A DNA stretch of 51,921 bases. Source: Cryomorphaceae bacterium (GTDB lineage Bacteria; Bacteroidota; Bacteroidia; Flavobacteriales; Schleiferiaceae). The notes beneath the pieces are model-generated. The model was not told the origin of the DNA, ran no database searches, and saw only the letters and a list, made by a program, of their open reading frames with translations. The position numbers and the translations under genes were made by a program. Positions within the stretch are counted from its first letter, which is position 1, and every line of letters starts with the position of its first letter. The stretch is from NCBI GenBank assembly GCA_022565745.1, contig JAIUMB010000001.1, positions 1-51,921 of the forward strand, in the 5' to 3' direction. This document shows positions 36,886 to 46,015 of the stretch, piece after piece.

Positions 36886-37871
36886 AGTATAGAAGAGTGT
36901 TGAATTTGGGATAATATATCTTCGGCTACGCGAAGCGCATTACTTCCATCTTCTAATGTAACGACAGTTGAGGTGTTTTTATTGATGGCATCTACCAAAC
37001 TTTGCAATTCATCGCGAATGGCGTTTGATTCAGGGATTATTGGATTCTCAAAAAATATTCTTTTCTTTTCGCCTTTTCCGGTCTCCAAAAGCAGTGCCAT
37101 GTCGTCAACTGGCGCATGTTCATCCAAGTGCTCAATACGAATAATCTCGCTTTTCTTTTTCAGGAAATCTACGGTAATGTACGCATCTCTTTGAAATATA
37201 CGCGTTTTGCGCATGTTTTTCATGGAAATACGACTAGCGGTTAAGTTGGCCACACAGCCATTGTCGAACTCAATCCTTGCATTGGTGATATCAGGGGTAT
37301 CACTGATGACTGAAACACCGCTGGCACTAATTTTTTTAACAGGAGATTTAACCAAGTGTAAGACGATGTCGATATCGTGAATCATCAAATCCAGCACCAC
37401 AGGCACATCAGTACCCCGAGGATTAAACTCTGCCAAGCGATGGGTTTCTATAAACAGTGGTGATGAAATGTACGTTTGCGCTTGAACAAAAGCTGGATTA
37501 AAGCGCTCAACATGCCCAACATGGGCTTTGATTTTGGCTTCTTCAGCCAATTTAATTAGTTTTCTAGCTTGCTCAGATGTTTCGGTGATGGGTTTTTCAA
37601 TGAAAATGTGTTTTCCGGCACGAATACACTTTACAGCTACGTCGTAGTGAGAAAGCGTTGGGGTTACGATATCTACAACATCGACACTTTGAATGAGATC
37701 TTCTAAAGAACCAAAGGCCTTAACGCCGTGTTGTTCCGATACAAGTTTTGTGGTCTCTTGGTCGGTGTCAAAGATGCCCTCAAGTTTAACCCCTTGCACC
37801 AGCTCAATACACTTGGCGTGTATCTTTCCGAGGTGCCCAGCACCTACCAATCCTATTTTTAACATTGTCAT
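36882..37871 (-). CDS. Gfo/Idh/MocA-family NAD(P)-dependent oxidoreductase
   Basis: 329 aa. LKIGLVGAGHLGKIHAKC Rossmann N-terminus, HIFIEKP motif and C-terminal alpha/beta domain. Confidence 0.8.
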   Translation of the reverse strand: MTMLKIGLVGAGHLGKIHAKCIELVQGVKLEGIFDTDQETTKLVSEQHGVKAFGSLEDLIQSVDVVDIVTPTLSHYDVAVKCIRAGKHIFIEKPITETSEQARKLIKLAEEAKIKAHVGHVERFNPAFVQAQTYISSPLFIETHRLAEFNPRGTDVPVVLDLMIHDIDIVLHLVKSPVKKISASGVSVISDTPDITNARIEFDNGCVANLTASRISMKNMRKTRIFQRDAYITVDFLKKKSEIIRIEHLDEHAPVDDMALLLETGKGEKKRIFFENPIIPESNAIRDELQSLVDAINKNTSTVVTLEDGSNALRVAEDILSQIQHSSIL

Positions 37872-38002
37872 TTCGACGTTAACGCATTATTTAATAAAAC
37901 CCACGTGCAAAAGTAGTGCTTAATATTCGCTTAACACAAAAGAGGTTTACACGGTCAAATGTTAATTTCTTGACATAAATTATCTGACCAAAAACATCTA
38001 CT

Positions 38003-38662
38003 TTGCTCTATTTTTGCGATGTGAACGATACAGCCAAACATAAAGGAAGGCGACTGCAATTGGTAGAATTGCTGCGCACCAAAGGAATTACTGATGAGCG
38101 GGTACTTCAAGCCATCAGTAATATTCCTCGTCATTTATTTATAGACTCCTCATTTGAAGATTTTGCCTACCAAGACACCGCGTTTCCTATTGCAGCCGAT
38201 CAAACCATCAGTCAGCCTTATACCGTCGCGTTTCAAACGGAACAATTGAATGTGAAGCCGGGCGAACGGATTCTTGAAATTGGCACCGGATCCGGATATC
38301 AATGTGCGGTGTTGTGTGAAATGGGCGCCAAAGTATTTAGCATTGAACGCCAACACGAATTGTTTCTCTTTGCAAGAGGAATGCTGAAAAAACTGGGTTA
38401 CTCGTACACTGGTAAATTTGGAGATGGATACCAAGGCATGCCCACGTTTGCGCCATTTGACAAAATTATTGTCACCGCTGGCGCAAAGGAGGTACCCGCA
38501 GCTTTGCTACGCCAATTAAACATCGGAGGTAGAATGATAATCCCTGTAGGTGTTGGCACCCAGAAAATGCTGCTCATTGATAAAAAAGGGGAGAAGGACT
38601 ATACCATTAAAAAGATGGGCGATTTTCGTTTCGTCCCAATGCTTGAGAAAAAAGATGGGTAG
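38003..38662 (+). CDS. pcm: Protein-L-isoaspartate O-methyltransferase
   Basis: 219 aa. VPRHLF, TISQPYTVA and ILEIGTGSGYQCAVL (SAM motif I). The start is uncertain: TTG 38003 versus in-frame GTG 38021, just after a TATTTTTG box at 38009..38016. Confidence 0.9.
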   Translation: MLYFCDVNDTAKHKGRRLQLVELLRTKGITDERVLQAISNIPRHLFIDSSFEDFAYQDTAFPIAADQTISQPYTVAFQTEQLNVKPGERILEIGTGSGYQCAVLCEMGAKVFSIERQHELFLFARGMLKKLGYSYTGKFGDGYQGMPTFAPFDKIIVTAGAKEVPAALLRQLNIGGRMIIPVGVGTQKMLLIDKKGEKDYTIKKMGDFRFVPMLEKKDG

Positions 38663-38868
38663 TTTATTATTGACCTCATATTTTTACGCATATATTCGTT
38701 ATAATTATTAACGAAGCATTTTACGCAAAACTTAGATTTTACAAATAAATGCAACTTTTGAGGATTTATCTTTGATGCCTTATTGACAATTAGCCACAAC
38801 CTTTTTTCTCAAAAAAAAACCGCACAAGCACGCTCCTGATATTGACCTTAATTTCTATTGTCGTTATA

Positions 38869-41310
38869 TTACTGATCCACATCAAAATAAAACCTCACCG
38901 CCTGATGTTCCTTTTGCTTAAAAAAATGTCGAACCAATATATGTAGTCTATTCTTAAGCGTCTGGTAGTTGCCATCTTTGCGATATTTGATGAGGAAGTC
39001 AATGCGGTATTGATTCTTGGCTCTGGCCACTAATGGGGGCTCCGGGCCAAGCAATTGCAAATGTGGCTCTTTCTCAATGATGGCTTTTAAAGCATATCCT
39101 GCTCCATAGACCTTTCGTGCATCGGAGTGGCGCAAACACAAGCGAACCAATCGGGTATAGGGTGGGTAGGCAAAGTCTCGGCGCTCTTTCATCTCCTCCC
39201 GATAAAAGTCCTCTTGTCTGCCAGTAGCCACACACTGCAATACACTTCCTTTGGGTTTGTAGGTTTGAATCACAACCCGTCCGCGTTCACCAAAGCGCCC
39301 AGCACGACCCGCTACTTGCATGGCCAGTTGATAACTACGTTCTTGTGCACGTATGTCGGGCATATTGCTCATCACATCGGCGTTGACGATGGCTACCAAA
39401 CCTACATTTTTAAAATCAAGTCCTTTTGTAATCATTTGGGTGCCCACAAGTATGCGTGTTTCACCGTTTTCAAAGCGCTCAATGACATTGGCAAAGGCGT
39501 TGCGCTTTCGGGTGTTGTCCCAGTCCAAACGGTCAATATTAACATCGGGAAAGTGGTTTTCCAATTGATCCACAATTTTTTCTGTGCCCGCACCGGCCAT
39601 ACGCAAATCGGTGCTTCCGCAAGACTTACACGCGCCTTGTGGCGACTCTCTGTATCCACAAAGGTGACAGCGCATTTTATTGCTGTGTTTGTGGTAGGTC
39701 AAGGTTATGTCGCAATTGATACACATTGGACTTTCACCACAGTCTTTACACTGTGTGAAAGGGGTGTAGCCCCTTCGGTTGTGAAAGACAATGACCTGCT
39801 TGTCTTTTTCCAGCTCCTGACGAATGGATGCGAGCAGATATTCAGAGAAATCTTCGTGCATGCGTCTTTTCTTCTTTTCCCAGCCGATGTCAACCAACTC
39901 AATGGCCGGCATTTCTATATTGCGGTAGCGTTCTGTAAGTGGTATACGGTCAAAACGCCCTTCTAAACAATTGCTCCATGTTTCCATAGAAGGCGTGGCA
40001 GAACCCAAAAGTACGTCTGCTTGGTGAAGATGACCGAGCACCACGGCACAGTCTCTTCCTTGATAACGCGGTGCTGGGTCGGTTTGCTTATAACTCTGAT
40101 CGTGCTCTTCGTCAACCACAATGAGTCCGAGGTTTGAGAAAGGCAGAAAAATGGACGAGCGGGCGCCAATGACAATGCGCGCGCCAGGCTGATTTTTTCG
40201 CACCGACTCCCACACGTCTGAGCGCTCTTTTTCACTCATTCTGGAGTGGTAAACGGCCACAGAGTCACCAAAAAACTGCGATATTCTCCCAATTAACTGT
40301 GTGGTTAAGGCTATCTCGGGCAGTAAAAACAACACCTGTTTCTCTTCTCGTAGATTTTCTTGCATCAAGTGCGCATAAATTTCTGTTTTTCCCGAAGACG
40401 TAACCCCGTGTAAAAACTGAACCTTCTTTTGCTTAAAGCCTTCTTTTATGGTGTTGTAGGCCAATTGTTGGGCAGAAGACAAGAGATGAAGCGGCCGCTG
40501 TTTATCCTTGCGGACCCAAGCGCTGCGCTCAATGGTCTTAATGGTGAGAATGTCTTTCTCTACGAGCTTTTTTATGACCTCACGTTTTATACCCAAAGAT
40601 TTTTGCACGGTGGTTAATGTCACCTCACCGTGTTTTTCCAAAAAAGGGTAGAGAAGTCCCATGGCTTTTTGCTGCACCGGGGCTCGTTTTCCCTCAAGCA
40701 GCTCTTTCAAGGCCAGAGCACCTTCGGGATTGAGCGAAACCACATCGGTAAAAAACTGAGGTTCTGGTTCATGAATGGACTCACGCAGTAAAATTAAATC
40801 TCTATCAACCAGAGATTTTAATATGGGCGTGATGGCGTTGCCGTGTGTTTTTTGCAGGTCGTTTAACTTGAGGTGCTGGTCGTTCTGTAGCCTTCCAAGT
40901 ATGCGTTGTTCGAGTTCGTTTTCGGTCGACTGGTACTGACGTTTTGCCTTTTCAGACAAGGACACCACTGTTTCACTGGAAATCTTCAAGCGCGAGGGCA
41001 GGGCAGCAGCCATGACTTCACCGGGTAGGCACATGTAGTACATGGTGATCCACCGCCAAAACTTCAATTGGGTGTCATTGCTGAGCGCCATGCCTAAATG
41101 GTGTTCCAGTGGTTTTATGTTTTCTATCTCCGGTTTGTTGGTATGTACTTTTGATATGATGCCGCTGAGCTGCTTGCGTTTGCCAAGAGAAACAATTACG
41201 TGAGTACCCGGAACCAGTTGCTCATCTGTCCAGTCACTGGGAACAGCATAGGTGAGTTCCCCGTCTAATGCTAGGGGTAAAATCACATCGGCAAAGCGCT
41301 CTTGACTCAT
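38869..41310 (-). CDS. priA: Primosomal replication restart helicase PriA
   Basis: 813 aa. FADVILPLAL N-terminus, GVTSSGKTE Walker A, VDEEHD, and a Cys-rich zinc module (C.DCG....C..C...LTYH.....RCHLCG......C..CG). Confidence 0.93.
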   Translation of the reverse strand: MSQERFADVILPLALDGELTYAVPSDWTDEQLVPGTHVIVSLGKRKQLSGIISKVHTNKPEIENIKPLEHHLGMALSNDTQLKFWRWITMYYMCLPGEVMAAALPSRLKISSETVVSLSEKAKRQYQSTENELEQRILGRLQNDQHLKLNDLQKTHGNAITPILKSLVDRDLILLRESIHEPEPQFFTDVVSLNPEGALALKELLEGKRAPVQQKAMGLLYPFLEKHGEVTLTTVQKSLGIKREVIKKLVEKDILTIKTIERSAWVRKDKQRPLHLLSSAQQLAYNTIKEGFKQKKVQFLHGVTSSGKTEIYAHLMQENLREEKQVLFLLPEIALTTQLIGRISQFFGDSVAVYHSRMSEKERSDVWESVRKNQPGARIVIGARSSIFLPFSNLGLIVVDEEHDQSYKQTDPAPRYQGRDCAVVLGHLHQADVLLGSATPSMETWSNCLEGRFDRIPLTERYRNIEMPAIELVDIGWEKKKRRMHEDFSEYLLASIRQELEKDKQVIVFHNRRGYTPFTQCKDCGESPMCINCDITLTYHKHSNKMRCHLCGYRESPQGACKSCGSTDLRMAGAGTEKIVDQLENHFPDVNIDRLDWDNTRKRNAFANVIERFENGETRILVGTQMITKGLDFKNVGLVAIVNADVMSNMPDIRAQERSYQLAMQVAGRAGRFGERGRVVIQTYKPKGSVLQCVATGRQEDFYREEMKERRDFAYPPYTRLVRLCLRHSDARKVYGAGYALKAIIEKEPHLQLLGPEPPLVARAKNQYRIDFLIKYRKDGNYQTLKNRLHILVRHFFKQKEHQAVRFYFDVDQ

Positions 41311-41312
41311 GA

Positions 41313-41921
41313 TTAACTGCCTTTGTATTCTATGCGGTGTAAAATGCTACGCGCCAAGGTGATCTCATCTGCATACTCAAGGTCATCGCCCACGGAAATA
41401 CCTCGGGCAATGGTGGTGACTTTGATGGGGAGGTCTTTGAGTTTGCGGTAAATATAGAAGTTGGTGGTATCGCCTTCGGCTGTGGCGGATAATGCCAATA
41501 GAATTTCATCGACCTCTCCGGAGGCCATACGTTGTTCAAGGGCTGTTAAGGTTAGCTGTCCGGGTCCAATGCCGTCCATTGGGGATATTAATCCTCCAAG
41601 TACGTGATAAACACCCCGAAACTGACCAGTGTTTTCAATGGCCAGAACATCGCGAATATCTTCAACCACGCAAATCAACCGCTGATCGCGCTGGGGATTC
41701 GCGCAAATGCCACAAATCTCGTCCTCGGTGTGGACGTGACAAACTTTACATCGCTTGATGTTTTCTACCAGGTCAACCAAGGCCGCAGACAACTCAATGG
41801 TTTGGGTTGGGTTTTGACGGAGTAAATAGAGGATATTTCTCAAGGCCGATTTGCGTCCCAAGCCTGGTAAACGCGCCAATTCCTTCACGGCTTTATCTAT
41901 GAGTTTGGACTGAATTTGCAT
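41313..41921 (-). CDS. recR: Recombination protein RecR
   Basis: 202 aa. HhH LPGLGRKSA, C4 zinc finger CKVCH...CGIC, and Toprim VVEDIRDVLAIE. A -7 box (TATTTTTG, 41933..41926) ends 4 nt before the ATG. Confidence 0.93.
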   Translation of the reverse strand: MQIQSKLIDKAVKELARLPGLGRKSALRNILYLLRQNPTQTIELSAALVDLVENIKRCKVCHVHTEDEICGICANPQRDQRLICVVEDIRDVLAIENTGQFRGVYHVLGGLISPMDGIGPGQLTLTALEQRMASGEVDEILLALSATAEGDTTNFYIYRKLKDLPIKVTTIARGISVGDDLEYADEITLARSILHRIEYKGS

Positions 41922-42159
41922 GAGTCAAAAATACAGTAAAAAGGGATGCTTATAAAGCGCTTTTCAGCTTTGTTTTTACCACCAGCTGACAATAATAAAA
42001 ACCCAAGCATTACTACCCAAACAAGGCGAGGAGTTAATGCAGATATCCTTTCTGCCAATGCTTCATCCTTCACGAAATATAAGGTGCTCTAAAATCATAT
42101 AACCAACTGAAGGCAAACTCTTTTATAAGCGTACCCCCTCAACTAAATACTAGAAACGC

Positions 42160-42999
42160 TTAACCTACTAACCTAATCCCATTCTTCTCCAGCTTAATTT
42201 GTCGTTTTTTATACAATGCACCCACAGCTTTTTTAAACACCTTTTTACTCATTTTGAGTGCTTCGTAGATGTCTTCCGCCGGAGATTTGTCGTGTAAAGG
42301 CAAATATCCGTCGTTGGATTTTAAAGCGTGTAGCAATTTATCTGTAGAAGAAACAACCTTTTGATAACCAAACTTTTCAATGGCCAGATCCAGTTTGCCA
42401 TCGGGGCGGACTTTTTGCACAAAGACTTCTAACGTTTGTCCGATAGAAACCGGCTTAAACAAATCACTGTGGTAAATCATACCGTCATATTTTTGATCAA
42501 CAACGGCTTTATAACCCAAATCACCTTGTGAATACAGCAGTGCACTTACCGTTTTTCCGGGTGTATATTCTTCTTTAGGGGCAGGTAGAAGGTAGGCGGG
42601 AATTTTTGTAGTACCAACCAAACGCTGAGATGCATCGTCAAACATCAAGTGTACCACGTGCTTATCACCTTCATCCTTTATGGGTTTCGCTTGTAGGTCG
42701 TGGGGAACCAATAGTTCCTTAACCGGTCCCCATTCAAAGAAGGCACCAAAAGAAGTTATGTTGCTCACTTTAAGCGCGGAGAACCGACCTAATTCAAGTA
42801 ATGGTTTATGAGGTGTAGCTACTGGTCGTTCTTCTTGATCCAGATAAACAAAGACATTCATATCATCGCCCAAATGCAATGTTTTTGGAACGTATGCATT
42901 GGGGAGAAGAACTGAATCACCGGTTTCATCTTCCAAATAGATGCCTTGTGGTGTTTTGCGAGATGCCTTAAGCGTATGTGACTTTCCTATTTGTATCAT
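42160..42999 (-). CDS. cvfB: CvfB/YitL-family S1-domain RNA-binding protein
   Basis: 279 aa. Repeated S1-like segments and a C-terminal winged-helix-like [13 protein letters not shown]. Confidence 0.7.
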   Translation of the reverse strand: MIQIGKSHTLKASRKTPQGIYLEDETGDSVLLPNAYVPKTLHLGDDMNVFVYLDQEERPVATPHKPLLELGRFSALKVSNITSFGAFFEWGPVKELLVPHDLQAKPIKDEGDKHVVHLMFDDASQRLVGTTKIPAYLLPAPKEEYTPGKTVSALLYSQGDLGYKAVVDQKYDGMIYHSDLFKPVSIGQTLEVFVQKVRPDGKLDLAIEKFGYQKVVSSTDKLLHALKSNDGYLPLHDKSPAEDIYEALKMSKKVFKKAVGALYKKRQIKLEKNGIRLVG

Positions 43000-43727
43000 T
43001 TGCGGTTCCAGATGTTGTATTTAAGTATGCAGTAAATGGCACGAACGCCATCACGCCAACCGATTTTTTTACCCTCGGCATAGGTTCTCCCGTAGTAAGA
43101 AATACCCACTTCGTATATGCGAATGCCAGGAATACGTGAAATTTTTGCGGTAACCTCAGGTTCGAAGCCAAAGCGGTTTTCTTTTAACTGTAACGACTTC
43201 ACCACCGGAGCGCGAAACATTTTATAGCACGTTTCCATGTCGGTGAGATTAAGATTTGTTAGTGCATTCGACAAGAACGTCAAAAACTTATTTCCAATGG
43301 AGTGCCAGAAGAAAAGGATGCGGTGGGGGTTTCCTCCCATGAATCGAGATCCATAAACGACGTCAGCATTACCGTTGAGTATGGGTTTAAGCAAGTGATT
43401 ATACTCTTCGGGGTCATATTCTAGGTCTGCGTCTTGAATAACGATAATATCGCCTTTTGACTCTGCTATGCCCGTGTGAAGAGCTGCGCCTTTCCCTTTA
43501 TTGATGACGTGGTTAAATAATTTGATGTTTGCATCGGGGTGTTCACTTGCATACTGCTCCAATCGATTTTTTGATTGGTCGGTACTGCAGTCGTTCACAA
43601 TAACAATTTCTTTTTTAAGGTTACTCAATAGTGTAACCTCGCGAATTTTATCGAGAATAAGGTGAATGGTTTTTTCTTCGTTATAAACCGGAACGACAAT
43701 AGATAGTGAAGTGAAGGTTTCGTTCAC
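42996..43727 (-). CDS. Family 2 glycosyltransferase (polyprenyl-phosphate sugar synthase-like)
   Basis: 243 aa. [34 protein letters not shown] (DxD) and GSRF. Confidence 0.8.
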   Translation of the reverse strand: MNETFTSLSIVVPVYNEEKTIHLILDKIREVTLLSNLKKEIVIVNDCSTDQSKNRLEQYASEHPDANIKLFNHVINKGKGAALHTGIAESKGDIIVIQDADLEYDPEEYNHLLKPILNGNADVVYGSRFMGGNPHRILFFWHSIGNKFLTFLSNALTNLNLTDMETCYKMFRAPVVKSLQLKENRFGFEPEVTAKISRIPGIRIYEVGISYYGRTYAEGKKIGWRDGVRAIYCILKYNIWNRK

Positions 43728-43764
43728 AATATTATTTTTTGCAAATCTACTCTATGATGAACGA

Positions 43765-44601
43765 CTAAAAACCTCGTTTGGCAATAAAAAAGACTTCATC
43801 TTTTTCAACGGAATAGGCTCTAATAAGGTTGGCACAGTCATTTTCTCCTAAAAAATCAATGTTTAGGGTACTCGTACCTGATAGCACTGAGTCGGTTGAC
43901 ATGAGCAGTTCTCCCGATGTGACACCATATTCGCATATATCTTCAAATTCGATGGGCGAAACCATGACAACATCAGCAGAAATATTTTTTTCATCATAGG
44001 TAAACCGTGTGGTGTCGACTGCAGTCATTTTAAATTCTCGATTATTTTTTTCTAAAGGCAAAAAATCACTTACAAACAACAAGGTTCTATCAAAACTCAA
44101 AGTGTTTTTATTAATTTCAAAATTATTGCTGGAAAAGTTAAATTCAAAACCAGTTGTAAGGGCGCCATTGTTGGTCAGTTCAACGGTACCTTGACACGCA
44201 TTTTTCTTGTAGGTGAAATCATCAAACGTTATTGAGGTTATGCTTCCAGCATCTTCGTAGTTACCATTGCTCACGGAGAAAGCGATGTTTCCTGAGCGAA
44301 GGATGCCGTCGGGAAAGGTAGTTCCTCCGCCTTGTAAACCGTAAAAAATGGTGACGCCTTGGTTGTTTGAAACCGCTTTTATGTCATCATAAAGAATGGT
44401 GGAGTCGGTATTGATGAAAGCAGAATCTCTAAGTATTTCATCGATTAGCGCGATGGTATGGATAATGACCGATTCGGCATCGATGTAAGCTTCGACAAAC
44501 GCAGATTCATCGGTAAGGTCTGTGGTTCCCAATTCATTATCACAGGAAGAAAATGACCCAATAAACAGTGCTGCAAGGGTTATGATATTGATTGTCTTCA
44601 T
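43765..44601 (-). CDS. Hypothetical lipoprotein (278 aa), no recognisable family
   Basis: The track ORF extends to 44769 but then overlaps the upstream gene by 155 nt. The internal start at 44601 gives MKTINIITLAALFIGSFSSC, a clean lipoprotein signal, 13 nt after the stop of the upstream gene. Confidence 0.6.
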   Translation of the reverse strand: MKTINIITLAALFIGSFSSCDNELGTTDLTDESAFVEAYIDAESVIIHTIALIDEILRDSAFINTDSTILYDDIKAVSNNQGVTIFYGLQGGGTTFPDGILRSGNIAFSVSNGNYEDAGSITSITFDDFTYKKNACQGTVELTNNGALTTGFEFNFSSNNFEINKNTLSFDRTLLFVSDFLPLEKNNREFKMTAVDTTRFTYDEKNISADVVMVSPIEFEDICEYGVTSGELLMSTDSVLSGTSTLNIDFLGENDCANLIRAYSVEKDEVFFIAKRGF

Positions 44602-44614
44602 GTTAGATGTTGTT

Positions 44615-46015
44615 TTACAAACCGGTTGATAATTCAGTCTCATTAACGTCATCTTTTTTCTTTCTTTGGCGTCTTTCAGATCGATCCCATAAAGCCACAT
44701 TGATTCCGGTTTGAACCATAGCGCCTCTGAAGTGTGAAATTGATATATTATTGGTGGCAACATCTGCAATCATAAAAAATTGTATTCCAGGGAAGTACAA
44801 TTGAAAACCGCCACCACCGCCAAACACTTTTCCTTGTACCGTGGTTATACTTGCCATAGCACTAAAGAATTTTGCCGGGCGAATGACATATCTGAAGTTG
44901 ACATCTACGTGATGACTGTTTAGCCAGTTGGTATAACGAGCCACTCCGTGAAATTGATGCATTTTGCTCAAATCATACGTTGCTCCTAAATAAAGCTGAG
45001 TAGGTAATGAACGGCGATATGAACTGCCTTTTTCGTAGTCTAAGCCATAAACTACATTTAGTGTATCAAGAAATTCACCGGCAAACACGGCATCGTTTCT
45101 TACGTCGTATCTAATGCCATCATAGTCCCAACTGGCGTTACTGCTAACATCAACATTATTGGCCGTATAATTAACCGCCCCTAATCCCAATAGGGAAGCA
45201 GAAACGGATAATTTATCGTTAATGGTGTATTCAGCGCCGAGATCTAGGGAATATCCAATGTTTTGATTAGAACTATAGTTAGAAAGTGCTTCGTCAGCGC
45301 TGTAATCAAAAATAGCTCCGTCTTCATCAAACATTGGTCCGCCAACAAAAGACGAACGGGCATAAAAATCACTCTTCGTTATCCACACATCGTCTTTGAA
45401 TTCTATTTGAAGATTATTGTCATTTTGGCGCACATTGAAGTTATAAATGCCTTGGTGACGATACAGTCTTGCGCCAATAGTCAACTTATCGTTGACCACA
45501 TAAGAAGCACCTAAATGAATAGAAGCCAAAAGGGAAGTTTCCATAGACCAGCCGCCAAACTGAACCACTTGGTTTTCAAACTGAGCATTTCCACGTGTAA
45601 TCAACCGAATTAGATTTTCTGGAATCTGGATATGGTTATACTGATTAATCATGCCTCCAAAGCTGATTTGCCATTTGGACGATAGATTGAAGCTGGTAAA
45701 CATGACATTTGACGATGCGCCTCCTCGGATAAATTCATTACCTCCAAAGTTCCCAAGAATGTTTTCAATGTTATCGTTGAACACCGTTCCTTTACCCATG
45801 ATGTCATACGCTGAAAAGGCAGAGCTATGGGTCATGGCGCCTAGGTGAAACAATCCAACAGAAACTCTTTGACTGGTTCTGGTCGCTGGGTTTAACAAAC
45901 TACTCTGTGCGACATCTTTGTAATTGTATAAAAGCAGGTCGTTTTGTTGTGCTATAAGGGTTGACGACAACAAGACCAATACGGCAAAAGCAAAAATGAA
46001 TGTCTTACTCATCAT
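44615..46015 (-). CDS. Hypothetical outer-membrane protein (466 aa), probable beta-barrel with a faint PorP/SprF-like N-terminal motif
   Basis: The signal peptide ends ..LIAQQ. The mature N-terminus is QQNDLLLYNYKDVAQSSLLNPA. Aromatic-rich alternating strands run throughout. The last strand ..GINVALW is followed by a 23-aa charged tail. Confidence 0.55.
   Translation of the reverse strand: MMSKTFIFAFAVLVLLSSTLIAQQNDLLLYNYKDVAQSSLLNPATRTSQRVSVGLFHLGAMTHSSAFSAYDIMGKGTVFNDNIENILGNFGGNEFIRGGASSNVMFTSFNLSSKWQISFGGMINQYNHIQIPENLIRLITRGNAQFENQVVQFGGWSMETSLLASIHLGASYVVNDKLTIGARLYRHQGIYNFNVRQNDNNLQIEFKDDVWITKSDFYARSSFVGGPMFDEDGAIFDYSADEALSNYSSNQNIGYSLDLGAEYTINDKLSVSASLLGLGAVNYTANNVDVSSNASWDYDGIRYDVRNDAVFAGEFLDTLNVVYGLDYEKGSSYRRSLPTQLYLGATYDLSKMHQFHGVARYTNWLNSHHVDVNFRYVIRPAKFFSAMASITTVQGKVFGGGGGFQLYFPGIQFFMIADVATNNISISHFRGAMVQTGINVALWDRSERRQRKKKDDVNETELSTGL

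Noticed and set aside
38663-38868. Recurrent ATTGACC(T) words and the 66-aa minus ORF 38599..38799 in the pcm-priA spacer
   Set aside because: These are short AT-rich words expected by chance. The ORF overlaps the pcm 3' end and has an implausible Lys/Asn/Phe-rich translation.
39127-39966. A 279-aa + strand ORF inside priA
   Set aside because: It is antisense to a confidently identified PriA helicase. The translation has no motifs and its composition mirrors the sense codon bias.
44602-44769. N-terminal extensions offered by the ORF track: 43765..44769, and likewise 47538..47588 and 25205..25258
   Set aside because: The extensions overlap the preceding gene or a -7 promoter box. In each case an internal Met gives a clean lipoprotein signal peptide right after the upstream stop.
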